Below, piece by piece: positions 1-8,934 of a stretch of DNA of 64,000 nucleotides. The stretch's first letter is position 1; each line of letters opens with the position of its first letter. Under the pieces are notes generated by a model. That model was not told the DNA's origin and made no database searches. It saw only the letters and a program-made list of their open reading frames with translations. A program made the position numbers and the translations under genes. The stretch comes from Candidatus Zixiibacteriota bacterium (GTDB lineage: Bacteria > RBG-13-66-14 > B26-G2 > WVWN01): contig JASFLY010000012.1 of assembly GCA_050117845.1 (NCBI GenBank), positions 12,975 through 76,974 on the forward strand, given 5' to 3'.

Positions 1-112
1 CGCCGTAGAACGCGGCGCCCGCCGCCGTCGCCACGGGGAAAAACGGCAGGAAGACGAGGCTGACCAGGAATATCGGAAGGCCGATAGGCCGGAGTATTAT
101 TTTCCAATCCAT
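1..112 (-). CDS. Hypothetical membrane protein, N-terminal part (runs off window), downstream of pspA
   Basis: Manual translation from ATG at 112: MDWKIILRPIGLPIFLVSLVFLPFFPVATAAGAAFYG; hydrophobic, 9 bp after pspA stop. Confidence 0.6.
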   Translation of the reverse strand, partial: MDWKIILRPIGLPIFLVSLVFLPFFPVATAAGAAFYG

Positions 113-121
113 GAGTTCGGG

Positions 122-925
122 TTACGCGTACGGCGGCGTTTCCTCTTTAGAGCCCTCCTCGCTTTCCTCGTCGGCGGTTTTCTCGGGGAGCGCTTCGATT
201 TCCTCAATGGCGTCATCGGCGTCCGGCAACGCGGCCGTGGCTTCCCCCGCGGCGAGCGCGAGGCCCAGCGACGCCTTGAGGGCGTGCAGTTCGCTGTCTA
301 CGTCGCCGGCTTCGAGTTTCTTGAATTCGTCCTCGAGGTCCTTGGTCCCGGCGATGGCCGCAACTTCGGCCTCGGCCTCGGTCGTCGCTTCGAGCTGTTC
401 CACCTTATCCTCGACGCGAGCGAACGCCTCGAAGGCGCTCTTATCGTCGATGGCGGAGACAGCGCGGTTTATGGTCTGGGCGGCCTCGGTGCGTTTCTTG
501 CGGGCGATAAGCAGTTCCTTCTTGCGGGCGGCTTCGTCTATCTTGAGGTCCAGAGCCACAAGACCCTGCTTCAAGCGCTCGACCAGAATACTCTGTTGCT
601 CGAGTTGAGTCAGGTATTCGGTAGCGGCGGTGGCGTTCTCCTGTTTCCGCAGGAGGGCTTCCCGGGCCAGGTCCTCCCGGCCTTTTTGCAAAGCCAGGAC
701 GGCCCGGCGCTGCCAGTCGTCCGCGGCGGCCTTGGCCTTACGGTACTTGGCCTCCAGACGTTTCTCGTCCGCGACGGCGACGGTGACCTGGCGTTGGGCT
801 TCCCGGTACTGCTCGCGCATATCGGCCATAATCTGCTCGAGCATCGTTTCCGGGTCCTCGGCCGACGAGAGCAACGCGTTCAAGTTCGCCTGTATTACCT
901 TTCCTATACGTTCCAGTATACCCAT
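122..925 (-). CDS. pspA: PspA/IM30 family protein
   Basis: MGILERIGKVIQANLNALL..AEDPE.MLEQ N-terminus, A..AL..G.EDLAREAL motif, coiled coil; SD GAGGAGG upstream. Confidence 0.93.
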   Translation of the reverse strand: MGILERIGKVIQANLNALLSSAEDPETMLEQIMADMREQYREAQRQVTVAVADEKRLEAKYRKAKAAADDWQRRAVLALQKGREDLAREALLRKQENATAATEYLTQLEQQSILVERLKQGLVALDLKIDEAARKKELLIARKKRTEAAQTINRAVSAIDDKSAFEAFARVEDKVEQLEATTEAEAEVAAIAGTKDLEDEFKKLEAGDVDSELHALKASLGLALAAGEATAALPDADDAIEEIEALPEKTADEESEEGSKEETPPYA

Positions 926-938
926 GCGGCGTTCCTCC

Positions 939-1331
939 TCACTTCAAGCCGAGTTCTTTTAATCGGGGTAAAATCGTGGCCGCGGCGAAGGCCATGCCGT
1001 CGATGGACGCCTGGAGCTCGACGGCGTCCATATATTCCGCCTCCAACGTGTCGACCGCGACGATGGCATCGTTCTCCAGGCCGAAGGCGCCGTGCACGAC
1101 GTCGCGCGCGTTGGCCTCGAGGAGGGCCCGAAAAACTTTCGCCTCATCCATCCCTTCGGCCACGTCGGCCACCTTCAAGCGCATTACGACGAGCGGCGGG
1201 CTGTAGCTGACGACGACCTTGCCGAAGCCGCCCTGCTCCGAGATGTCGACGAGCCACATCTGCGGCCCCAGCATCTCGTAGTCGTAATCGAGTTCCTCGA
1301 AGTACCTCTCTACGTCTCGCTCGTTCGCCAT
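939..1331 (-). CDS. YbjN/CesT-like (type III chaperone fold) protein
   Basis: ~130 aa acidic protein with LLEANARDVVHGAFGL pattern typical of YbjN/CesT family; ATG at 1331 chosen (GTG 1340 alternative). Confidence 0.7.
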   Translation of the reverse strand: MANERDVERYFEELDYDYEMLGPQMWLVDISEQGGFGKVVVSYSPPLVVMRLKVADVAEGMDEAKVFRALLEANARDVVHGAFGLENDAIVAVDTLEAEYMDAVELQASIDGMAFAAATILPRLKELGLK

Positions 1332-1369
1332 CCGCAACACCTCCGGCGCCCGCGGCCGGGCGCGTTTCG

Positions 1370-2110
1370 CTACTTCTCCTGGGCCTCTCCCGTCATCGGG
1401 ACGAAGAGTACGGGCTCGAGGTCTTCTTCATCGTAGTCGTCGCCCCGTCGGGTGTAACGTTTTAACATCTGGGGATATTGGCCGCCGAGGGGTAGCACCA
1501 ACCGGCCACCTTCGTCCAACTGCTCGAGGAGGGCCGGCGGCACGTGGTCGGGGGCGCAGGTCACGATGATAGCGTCAAAGGGCGCTTCCTCCGGCCACCC
1601 GGCGTAACCGTCGCCGATATGGACATGGACGTTGTCGTAGCCCAAGCGCTCGAGCGTTTCGCGAGCGCTTTCCCCCAGCGATTCCACTATCTCAATCGTG
1701 TAGACCTCGGCCGCTATTTCGGCCAGGATCCCGGCCTGATAACCCGAGCCGGTCCCGATCTCGAGGACGCGGTCGTCCGCCTCGAGCTGAAGGGCCTCGG
1801 TCATGTAGGCTACGATGTAGGGCTGGGATATGGTCTGGCCTTCGCCGATGGGGAGCGGGTTATCCTCGAAAGCCCGCGAACGGAGATTCTCCGGGATAAA
1901 TTCCCAGCGCGGCACCTTCCGCATGGCGTCGAGGGTCGCGGGGTCGGAAATCCCCCGGCCCTCTATCTGGCTGTCTACCATCGCGTTCAGGCGTCGTTCC
2001 ATTTCGGCCTCGTCCGTCACCGGCCTTTCTTCTTCCTCCTCGGCCCGGCCGCAAGCGGCGGCGCACAACAGCGCCAGGCCGAAAACCGTCGCCCGATATC
2101 CCCGCAACAT
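1370..2110 (-). CDS. pcm: Protein-L-isoaspartate O-methyltransferase with N-terminal lipoprotein-like signal
   Basis: GQTISQPY, VLEIGTGSGYQ, GDGYAGWPEEAPFDAI, FVPM motifs. Confidence 0.93.
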   Translation of the reverse strand: MLRGYRATVFGLALLCAAACGRAEEEEERPVTDEAEMERRLNAMVDSQIEGRGISDPATLDAMRKVPRWEFIPENLRSRAFEDNPLPIGEGQTISQPYIVAYMTEALQLEADDRVLEIGTGSGYQAGILAEIAAEVYTIEIVESLGESARETLERLGYDNVHVHIGDGYAGWPEEAPFDAIIVTCAPDHVPPALLEQLDEGGRLVLPLGGQYPQMLKRYTRRGDDYDEEDLEPVLFVPMTGEAQEK

Positions 2111-2133
2111 ACCATCACCCCGTCGCCCTTAAC

Positions 2134-2847
2134 TCATAACATGCGAACGTCGTTGATGACCAGACCGAAATTGCAACCCAGATGCCGAGCTGCCCGGCGG
2201 CACATTATCATCCGCGACAGGAAGGTTTCGAAATATTCCATGACCTGCGATATGGAAGTGTCTATCTCGACCTTTAGCGTTATGACCTTGGCCTCGGCGT
2301 CGACTTCCACCTTACCGCCCTTGGCCGCGTAGTTCACGCGGTCGTGGACGTCGAAGGAGATCATCGACGGGTTGCGAACGCGGTCGCGCCGGACGTCGGC
2401 CTTGTCGGCGAGGGTTAACGCCGCGCTAATCGCACTCACCGGTTCGCCGTTGCCCTCGTCGTGATTGCCGATAGCGGTCATCACCTGCAGGACCTCGGCC
2501 AGATCCATCCCGAGCCGTAGAAGGATCGAGTGGCACAGGACGGCCGAAATCATCTCGTGGTTCTCCCGGTTCACGGTATTGCCGATGTCGTGGAGGTACC
2601 CCGCGATGGCGGCCAGTTCGGCCCGACGGCCCTTGTAGCCCAACGCCTCCAGGATAGCCCGGGCGCCCTCCGCGACGAGGCGGGCGTGCTTGGCGCCGTG
2701 TTCGGTGTACCCGAGCACGCCCAACACACGGTCGGCCTCCGCGAGGTAAGCGGCGACCTCCCCGTCCGCGGCAAGCGTCGCGAGCGTTACTTCGCCGGAT
2801 TCGCCGGCCGGAAGATCCCCTTCTTGAGATTCGGTATCCACGTTCAA
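2134..2847 (-). CDS. HD-domain phosphohydrolase
   Basis: GYTEHG..H, LHDIGN, NHDE, ADKAD motifs; start uncertain (TTG 2847 or GTG 2841), ORF-track extension overlaps yajC. Confidence 0.85.
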   Translation of the reverse strand: MNVDTESQEGDLPAGESGEVTLATLAADGEVAAYLAEADRVLGVLGYTEHGAKHARLVAEGARAILEALGYKGRRAELAAIAGYLHDIGNTVNRENHEMISAVLCHSILLRLGMDLAEVLQVMTAIGNHDEGNGEPVSAISAALTLADKADVRRDRVRNPSMISFDVHDRVNYAAKGGKVEVDAEAKVITLKVEIDTSISQVMEYFETFLSRMIMCRRAARHLGCNFGLVINDVRML

Positions 2848-2854
2848 GGTCCGG

Positions 2855-3289
2855 TTAACGGCTACGAGGACGCTTCGGTTCCTTGGCGGCCGATTTATCG
2901 TCGGCCTTGGCCGATTTGGCGTCGGCCGCGCCGGGCGCGAGTTCCTCGCCGGGCGGCGCCGCGGCTTCGATTTTGGCGAGCGCGACTTCGATGTCGACGC
3001 CCTTGGCAATGGTAATCGACAGCATCTTCTCTTTCTCGTGTACCTTCGAGACGGTCCCGCGGATGCCGCCGGCGGTTATGACCCTGTAACCCTTCTTGAC
3101 CGAGGCCAGCATCTCCTTCTTGCGCTTTTCGGCGCGCTGCTGCGGCCTTATCATAAGGAAGTAGAAGACGACCATTATGAGCAGGAGCGGGATAATGATG
3201 GAAAAACCGCCGCCGCCGCCCTCTTCGCCGCCACCGCCGCCCAGGCCACCCATGGCGTGAGCCTGCGATGCTATAAAGAATAAAAACAA
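2855..3289 (-). CDS. yajC: Preprotein translocase subunit YajC
   Basis: FYFLMIRPQQR..K..EMLASVKKG.RVITAGGIRG signature. Confidence 0.9.
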   Translation of the reverse strand: MFLFFIASQAHAMGGLGGGGGEEGGGGGFSIIIPLLLIMVVFYFLMIRPQQRAEKRKKEMLASVKKGYRVITAGGIRGTVSKVHEKEKMLSITIAKGVDIEVALAKIEAAAPPGEELAPGAADAKSAKADDKSAAKEPKRPRSR

Positions 3290-3313
3290 CTTGCCACCTC
3301 TTCCCGTTCGCGG

Positions 3314-4423
3314 CTAAACGTCCACCGCATCTTCGTACTTGATTAGGTTCCGGGAGAGGTCGGCGTGCCGCTCGAACGCGAGGTCGACCAGGCGCTCGAT
3401 GAGTTTGCCGTACGGCAATCCTCCGACCTCCCACAACTTCGGATACATGCTTATGGGGGTGAACCCCGGTATGGTGTTCAATTCGTTGACCAGGAGGATG
3501 TCCCGGTCGGGGATGTAGAAGAAATCCACGCGGGCCATGCCGGCGCAGCCGTGGCTCACGAAGGCCCGCACCGCCAACTCCTGCACACGACGGCTGAGGT
3601 CCTCGTCCACGGCCGCGGGGGCGATGAGTTCGGCGTCGTCGGCCACGTACTTCGAGCGGTAATCGTAGAACTCGGCGGCCGGGATAACCTCGCCGACGGG
3701 CGAGGCCTCCGGGGCGTCGTAGCCCAGGACCGCACATTCAAACTCGCGGGCGTTGACCGCCTGTTCGCAGAGAATCTTGGCGTCGTAGCGGCCGGCGTCG
3801 GCCAGCGCGGCCTTGAGCGAGTCGCGGTCCTTGACCTTGTGGATGCCGATGCTCGAGCCCAGGTTGGCGGGTTTGACGAAAATGGGATACCGGAGCCGTT
3901 GTTCGACCTCGAGCGTTACCCGGTCCGCCTCCTTCTCGAAGCGTTTACGCGGGACGGCGAAGTAGTCCACGGTCGATATACCGTTCGCCCGCAGCATGTT
4001 CTTCGACATCTCCTTGTCCATCGCGAGCGCCGCGGCCAGCGGCCCCGAACCCACGTAGGGCATGGCCGCTAGCTCGAGCAGGCCCTGCAAGGTCCCGTCC
4101 TCGCCGTAGGGGCCGTGCAGGAGCGGGAATATTACGTCGGCCTCCAACTCGTCGCCGTCGTCGCGGACCATGAAAGCCCGGCGGCCGGGGTCGGCCACGG
4201 GGGTATAGGCCGGGTCGTCGTCGCTCGGCCGCGCCACGCCCTGCATGAAGCCGGCCCAGAAGTACCAGCGCCCCTCGGCCGATATGTACACCGGGAGGAC
4301 GTCGAACTTCTTGCCGTCCACCGCGGCCATCATCGACCGGGCGGAGATTATGGAAACTTCGTGCTCGCCCGAACGTCCGCCGAACAGGACCGCCAGTCTC
4401 ACCTTTTCGTTTTTAGCCGCCAC
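3314..4423 (-). CDS. ddl: D-alanine--D-alanine ligase
   Basis: LFGGRSGEHEVS, LHGPYGEDG, KPANLGSSIG, NELNTIPGFT..SMYP; GTG start at 4423 inferred. Confidence 0.93.
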   Translation of the reverse strand: MAAKNEKVRLAVLFGGRSGEHEVSIISARSMMAAVDGKKFDVLPVYISAEGRWYFWAGFMQGVARPSDDDPAYTPVADPGRRAFMVRDDGDELEADVIFPLLHGPYGEDGTLQGLLELAAMPYVGSGPLAAALAMDKEMSKNMLRANGISTVDYFAVPRKRFEKEADRVTLEVEQRLRYPIFVKPANLGSSIGIHKVKDRDSLKAALADAGRYDAKILCEQAVNAREFECAVLGYDAPEASPVGEVIPAAEFYDYRSKYVADDAELIAPAAVDEDLSRRVQELAVRAFVSHGCAGMARVDFFYIPDRDILLVNELNTIPGFTPISMYPKLWEVGGLPYGKLIERLVDLAFERHADLSRNLIKYEDAVDV

Positions 4424-4467
4424 CGCTCTCACCTGCTCTCGATACTCGATTGGTGATATATTATTAT

Positions 4468-5361
4468 TTAACTCTGGTCCGCCGGCTTCCGCGTTACGGT
4501 TTCGCGCAACTTGGCGGCGATTCCCCGCCACGCCTCCGCCGCCGCGCTCCGGGGCTGGCCGACCAGGACCGGCTTCCCCTCGTCCGCGGAGGAGACGACG
4601 TCCGGGTCGAAGGGAACGGATCCGAGGAAAGGAACGCCGAACTCGGCCGCGACGCGCTCGCCGCCGCCGCCGCCGAAGAGCCGTATCTCCTCGCCACACT
4701 TCGGACAGCTGAGCGGCCCCATGTTCTCGACGACGCCAAGGATGGGTATGCCGACCTTGGCGGCGAAAGTGAGGCTCTTGCGGGCCGAGGCCACCGCCGC
4801 GGCCTGCGGCGTCGTTACCATTATAAGGCCGTCGACGTCCTTTATCCGTTGCGTGAGCGACAATATCTCGTCGCCGGTGCCGGGGGGCGTATCGGCCACG
4901 AGCCAGTCGAGTTCGCCCCAGTTGATGTCGGCGAGGAAATTGTCGATCATCGCCATCTTCAAGGGGCCGCGCCATATAACGGCGTCGGACTCACCGGCCA
5001 ACAGAAACGCCATACTCATCACGACGAGCTTGTCGCTGTAAGCTTCGGGGTAGATGCCCGACTCGTCGCCGGTGGGCTTTACGTCGGCCATACCGAGCAT
5101 GAGCGGTACGCCCGGGCCGTGGATGTCGGCGTCGAGCAGGCCCACCTTGTCGCCGGCGTCGGTCAACGCGAGGGACAGATTCACCGCGGCGGTGGTCTTC
5201 CCCACGCCGCCCTTGCCCGAGGCCACGAGGATCTTGTGACGGATGAGGCCCATCCTCATGGTAATTTTACGCTCGGTCTCGACGCGTTGCTTGAAGCGGT
5301 CGAGTTTCTCCCGCTCTTCGGGAGACAGATCTTTATCTTCAGGAGTGTTGTCTTTCGCCAT
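4468..5361 (-). CDS. mrp: Mrp/NBP35 (ApbC) Fe-S carrier ATPase
   Basis: SGKGGVGKT, DADIHGP, VIWRGP, DTPPGTGD, ENM..CPKC. Confidence 0.92.
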   Translation of the reverse strand: MAKDNTPEDKDLSPEEREKLDRFKQRVETERKITMRMGLIRHKILVASGKGGVGKTTAAVNLSLALTDAGDKVGLLDADIHGPGVPLMLGMADVKPTGDESGIYPEAYSDKLVVMSMAFLLAGESDAVIWRGPLKMAMIDNFLADINWGELDWLVADTPPGTGDEILSLTQRIKDVDGLIMVTTPQAAAVASARKSLTFAAKVGIPILGVVENMGPLSCPKCGEEIRLFGGGGGERVAAEFGVPFLGSVPFDPDVVSSADEGKPVLVGQPRSAAAEAWRGIAAKLRETVTRKPADQS

Positions 5362-5376
5362 TTCTCCTCCGGAATA

Positions 5377-6453
5377 TTAAGACAGTATGTTGATCGGCGC
5401 GGGGATGAAGGTCAGGATCGCGATGGCGAACGCGGCCCATCCCACGACGCGCCGCCAGGGCGTCAGCGGCGCCGCGTCGTCTATCGGCGGCGGGTGCTTC
5501 AGCCGGACGAATAGTATAATTAAAAACGCCCAGAAAAACCACCCGGTCCATAAAAAACCGAGCGGGATCAGGAGGGCGAAGGCGCCCCGGGCCACCCAGA
5601 TGCTGTGCTTGCCGAACATGGCGTACGAGATATGGCCGCCGTCCAGCTGGCCGATGGGCAGCATGTTTACCGACGTCACCCACAGGCCGATCCAACCGGC
5701 GAGGGCCAGCGGGTGCAAGGTAACGTCGAGGCCGCCCATGGGCCCCTTGACCGCGTACGTCAACAGCTTGAAAATTAGCGAGTCCCCCAGGATAAGGGTC
5801 CCGGCCGCCGCGGCCCCCGGGTCCACCGGCGTGGATAAGTAGAGGCCAATAATCGTCAGCGGCAGCGCGACCAGGAAGCCGGCGATGGGGCCGGCGGCGC
5901 CGATGTCGAGAAGGGCCCGGCGATTCGGTATGGGCGACTCCATTTTGATCACGGCGCCGAAGGTCCCGAGTAATGGATGCGGCACAGGCAGGAAGTACGG
6001 CAGCGTGGCCCGGACGCGGTGGCGCATCGACGCGAAGAAGTGCGCCATCTCGTGACAGAGTAGGATGCCTATAATGGACGCCGAGAACGGAACGCCCAAA
6101 AGCCAGTCCCGGGCGTGCAGGAGGTTGCCGCCACGCTGCCAACTGCCCGCCGCCAGCGTCGTCCCGATGGTCGCGAGTAGAAGCCCCGCGTTAATCAGAA
6201 CGCGCCAGCGCGGCTTCTTGAGCGGCTTGGGACTGACTTCCACGAGCCACTTGCCGTCATCCAGCGGCGTCGCCGTCGTATAGTAGCCCAGTTGACCGAG
6301 GTTCCGGGCGAGTATGTCGGCCCCGCCGCTCTCACGGTAACGCCCGACGAGCGCCACGCCGGGCGGCCGGCCGTAGTACTTCTCCACGTCGAAGAAGGGG
6401 GCGACCTCTTCCAGCACGTTACGCAGTATTACGTCAAGCGGGCGCGGCGTCAT
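5377..6453 (-). CDS. Site-2 protease family (M50) membrane metalloprotease
   Basis: HEMAH, AGP, NMLPIGQLDGGH motifs; multiple TM segments. Confidence 0.9.
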   Translation of the reverse strand: MTPRPLDVILRNVLEEVAPFFDVEKYYGRPPGVALVGRYRESGGADILARNLGQLGYYTTATPLDDGKWLVEVSPKPLKKPRWRVLINAGLLLATIGTTLAAGSWQRGGNLLHARDWLLGVPFSASIIGILLCHEMAHFFASMRHRVRATLPYFLPVPHPLLGTFGAVIKMESPIPNRRALLDIGAAGPIAGFLVALPLTIIGLYLSTPVDPGAAAAGTLILGDSLIFKLLTYAVKGPMGGLDVTLHPLALAGWIGLWVTSVNMLPIGQLDGGHISYAMFGKHSIWVARGAFALLIPLGFLWTGWFFWAFLIILFVRLKHPPPIDDAAPLTPWRRVVGWAAFAIAILTFIPAPINILS

Positions 6454-6466
6454 AAGGCGGATAGGC

Positions 6467-7327
6467 TCACAGGTATTTCGAGATAATCGGCCCGAGCTTC
6501 TTTTTAATCTCTTCCGGAACGAGGGCCGGGTCGGTGGTTACGGCGCCGCGGAGGGCGTTGTGGCAATCGCACTCGTCGAGGGCGGCGAGGCCGGGCAGAA
6601 CGTCCGCCACCACGGCCTTGACGTTCTCGACGTTTGTCCGTACGGTATCGAGCACCATTTCGATGTTCACGTCCTCGGCCTCGAACCAGCAGTCGTAATC
6701 GGTCACGAGGGCCACGGTGGCGTAGCACATCTCGGCCTCGCGGGCCAGCTTGGCCTCGGTGGCGCTGGTCATGCCTATAACGTCGAATCCGAGTTGGCGG
6801 TAGACGCCCGACTCGGCGCGGGTCGAGAACTGCGGCCCCTCCATACATATATACGTGCCGCGGCCGTGCACCGGGACGCCCCGCTGTTCGCAGGCCGCGA
6901 CAGCCAGCTCCCGGACGCGATTGCAATAGGGGTCCGCGAGCGGGATGTGCACCGTAAGGCCCGGCGCGTCGAAGAAGGTCGAGACGCGATGCTTGGTATT
7001 GTCGTAGAACTGGTCGGGCACGACGAACTCGCGCGGCCTGATTTCCGTTTTGAGGCTGCCGACGGCGGACACGCTCAGGACGCGGTCTACGCCGAGGGAC
7101 TTGAGCGCCCACGTATTCGCCCGGAAGTTGATAGCGCCGGCGGGCGTGAAGTGGCCCACGCCGTGGCGCGGGAGGAATATAACCGGCGCGCCACCGAACT
7201 CGCCGATTACGAATTCGCCCGTGGGGTCGCCGAAGGGCGTTTCCACCCGCTTCTTTTCGCGAACGTCGAAACCCTCTATTTCGTACAGGCCGGAGCCGCC
7301 GATTACGGCCGTCGCCGTAGAGTCCAA
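6467..7327 (-). CDS. mtnP: S-methyl-5'-thioadenosine phosphorylase
   Basis: IGGSGLY, RHG, EGPQFSTRAES, IGMT, VTDYDCW; TTG start with AGGAGG SD. Confidence 0.92.
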   Translation of the reverse strand: MDSTATAVIGGSGLYEIEGFDVREKKRVETPFGDPTGEFVIGEFGGAPVIFLPRHGVGHFTPAGAINFRANTWALKSLGVDRVLSVSAVGSLKTEIRPREFVVPDQFYDNTKHRVSTFFDAPGLTVHIPLADPYCNRVRELAVAACEQRGVPVHGRGTYICMEGPQFSTRAESGVYRQLGFDVIGMTSATEAKLAREAEMCYATVALVTDYDCWFEAEDVNIEMVLDTVRTNVENVKAVVADVLPGLAALDECDCHNALRGAVTTDPALVPEEIKKKLGPIISKYL

Positions 7328-7354
7328 AACCTTAACCTCCTGAAACGAGAGAAC

Positions 7355-8218
7355 TTACCATCGGGTGGGGATGACGGATTGCGTGCCGAAGTAAAAGGTC
7401 GCGTATCGCGGGACGGGATGGGAATAGCCGTTGATGTGGTAGGACTTGCCGAAGACCGGATAGAGCAGGCCGGCCTCGAGGCGAACGTTGTCGTCTACTA
7501 TATACTGCATGCGGGGCCCGAACCAGAACAGCCTCGTTTTAACGGTCCCGAGGCCCGCGTACGTACCGACGGAGAGGCCCCCCACCCAGCGTTCGTCGTC
7601 GTCCAGCGCCCAACAGGGGTCGGCCAGGAGATAGGCCGAGATGCCCGGCTCCTCGAAGAAGCGATCGCTGTCCATGTCCTGACGGAAGCCCACCTGGGCG
7701 TCGAGCTGGAAGGTGCCGCCGCGCCGGTCGTAGAAACCGACCGCGGCCACGTCGACGGCGTTCCCCGCGTCGGAGAAGGCGTTACTTGTGTCGCCCGGGA
7801 AACGGATGCCGAGGCGCGGCCCCATGCGGAACTCGCCGCCCTCTTTCGTGTACCAGATGCCCTTGCCGGAGAGCCATACGTCGCCCAGGCCGTTCTCGAA
7901 AGCCCCCGTATCGTGGTCGTGCCAGTTCACGCCGTGGAGGACCAGGTCGGCTTCCCAGTGGCGGTCGAAGACCCAACCGATTTTGGCCCGGCCCACGAAC
8001 ACCGTCGTGGCGTCGCCGCCGCTAACGTAACCGCCGTCGGCGTCGAAGGCCCCCCCGGCGTAGCCGTAGGATAGGTGGCCGTCGGCCCTTATGGAGTGAA
8101 TTTGCTCTTCGCGGGCGGAATCGAAGCTGGCCAGCGGCTCCAGCGGCGCGAAACCGTAGTACGCGGCCGCCACGGCAGGCCATATAAGGCCTATAATTAT
8201 CAAGGCTTTCGTACGCAT
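7355..8218 (-). CDS. Secreted, probable outer-membrane beta-barrel protein
   Basis: Signal peptide, amphipathic strands, GLGDVWL motif as in transporter-like barrels, aromatic C-terminus. Confidence 0.6.
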   Translation of the reverse strand: MRTKALIIIGLIWPAVAAAYYGFAPLEPLASFDSAREEQIHSIRADGHLSYGYAGGAFDADGGYVSGGDATTVFVGRAKIGWVFDRHWEADLVLHGVNWHDHDTGAFENGLGDVWLSGKGIWYTKEGGEFRMGPRLGIRFPGDTSNAFSDAGNAVDVAAVGFYDRRGGTFQLDAQVGFRQDMDSDRFFEEPGISAYLLADPCWALDDDERWVGGLSVGTYAGLGTVKTRLFWFGPRMQYIVDDNVRLEAGLLYPVFGKSYHINGYSHPVPRYATFYFGTQSVIPTRW

Positions 8219-8243
8219 AAGCATATCGACGTAAAAGCCGTAT

Positions 8244-8272
8244 ATTATAAGGCATTCGCGGCCTACAATCAA
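8244..8272 (-). promoter_or_regulatory. Sigma70-type promoter for the 7355-8218 gene
   Basis: TTGATT-17 bp-TATAAT on minus strand. Confidence 0.6.
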
Positions 8273-8333
8273 GGGAAACCGGCCGCAGCCGTGGGAGGAA
8301 CGGGGAAACGCCGTACGGCGTCAGCACCTAAAT

Positions 8334-8359
8334 CCGCCGACAGGAACGTCGGCGCCACC
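8334..8359. repeat. REP-like palindrome (family D)
   Basis: ccgccgacaggaacgtcggcgccacc, near-identical to 51289-51314 and 51433-51456. Confidence 0.75.
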
Positions 8360-8464
8360 GGCGGCCGTAAAGGCCGCCGCTCCGAATATTAATTTATAAA
8401 TACGCGACAACGCCGGGACGCTGGTTCGGCGGCCCCGAAGGCCGCCGCGTCTTTCATTCATAAA

Positions 8465-8493
8465 TTGCGCCCGGGCGGGTTTTTTCGTATAAT
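8465..8493 (+). promoter_or_regulatory. Sigma70-type promoter of ruvX (near-leaderless)
   Basis: TTGCGC-17 bp-TATAAT ending 9 bp before ATG. Confidence 0.7.
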
Positions 8494-8502
8494 ACGCGGC
8501 AT

Positions 8503-8934
8503 ATGAAGGCGTTGGGCGTAGACTGGGGCGGGGCCCGCATCGGCCTGGCGGTATCGGACGATACCGGCACCATCGCGTCCCCGTACAAGGTTATCCCCAA
8601 CGACGAGCGCGCGGCCGGGGCCGTCGTGAACGCGGCCTCGGTGACCGGCGCCCAGGAGATAGTCGTCGGCTACCCGCTTACGCTCACGGGCGAGGAAGGC
8701 CCGGCGGCGGAACGGGTCCAGGCGTTCGCCCGCGAACTCCAGGGCCGGGTATCGGTTCCGGTCAAACTGGTGGACGAGCGGTTCTCGACGAAGAACGCCG
8801 AGGAGCGCCTGCGGGCGGCGGGCGCCTCCCGCGAAAAGATAAAGAAAACGGCCGACGCCGCGGCGGCGGCCCTGATACTCCAGACCTACCTCGACGTCAG
8901 CAAAAGAGGACGTACGGGCGACCCGACGGACTAG
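8503..8934 (+). CDS. ruvX: Holliday junction resolvase-like RuvX/YqgF
   Basis: LGVDWG.ARIGLAVSD, VVGYP, DERFST, D.AAAALILQ.YL. Confidence 0.92.
   Translation: MKALGVDWGGARIGLAVSDDTGTIASPYKVIPNDERAAGAVVNAASVTGAQEIVVGYPLTLTGEEGPAAERVQAFARELQGRVSVPVKLVDERFSTKNAEERLRAAGASREKIKKTADAAAAALILQTYLDVSKRGRTGDPTD

Noticed and set aside
3314-4975. N-terminally extended ORF-track versions of ddl, HD protein, GT4 (44999), radical SAM (49728), flavin reductase (58615), lipoprotein (46956)
   Set aside because: Extensions overlap upstream genes or a tRNA and are low-complexity Arg/Pro-rich; internal starts with SD fit better
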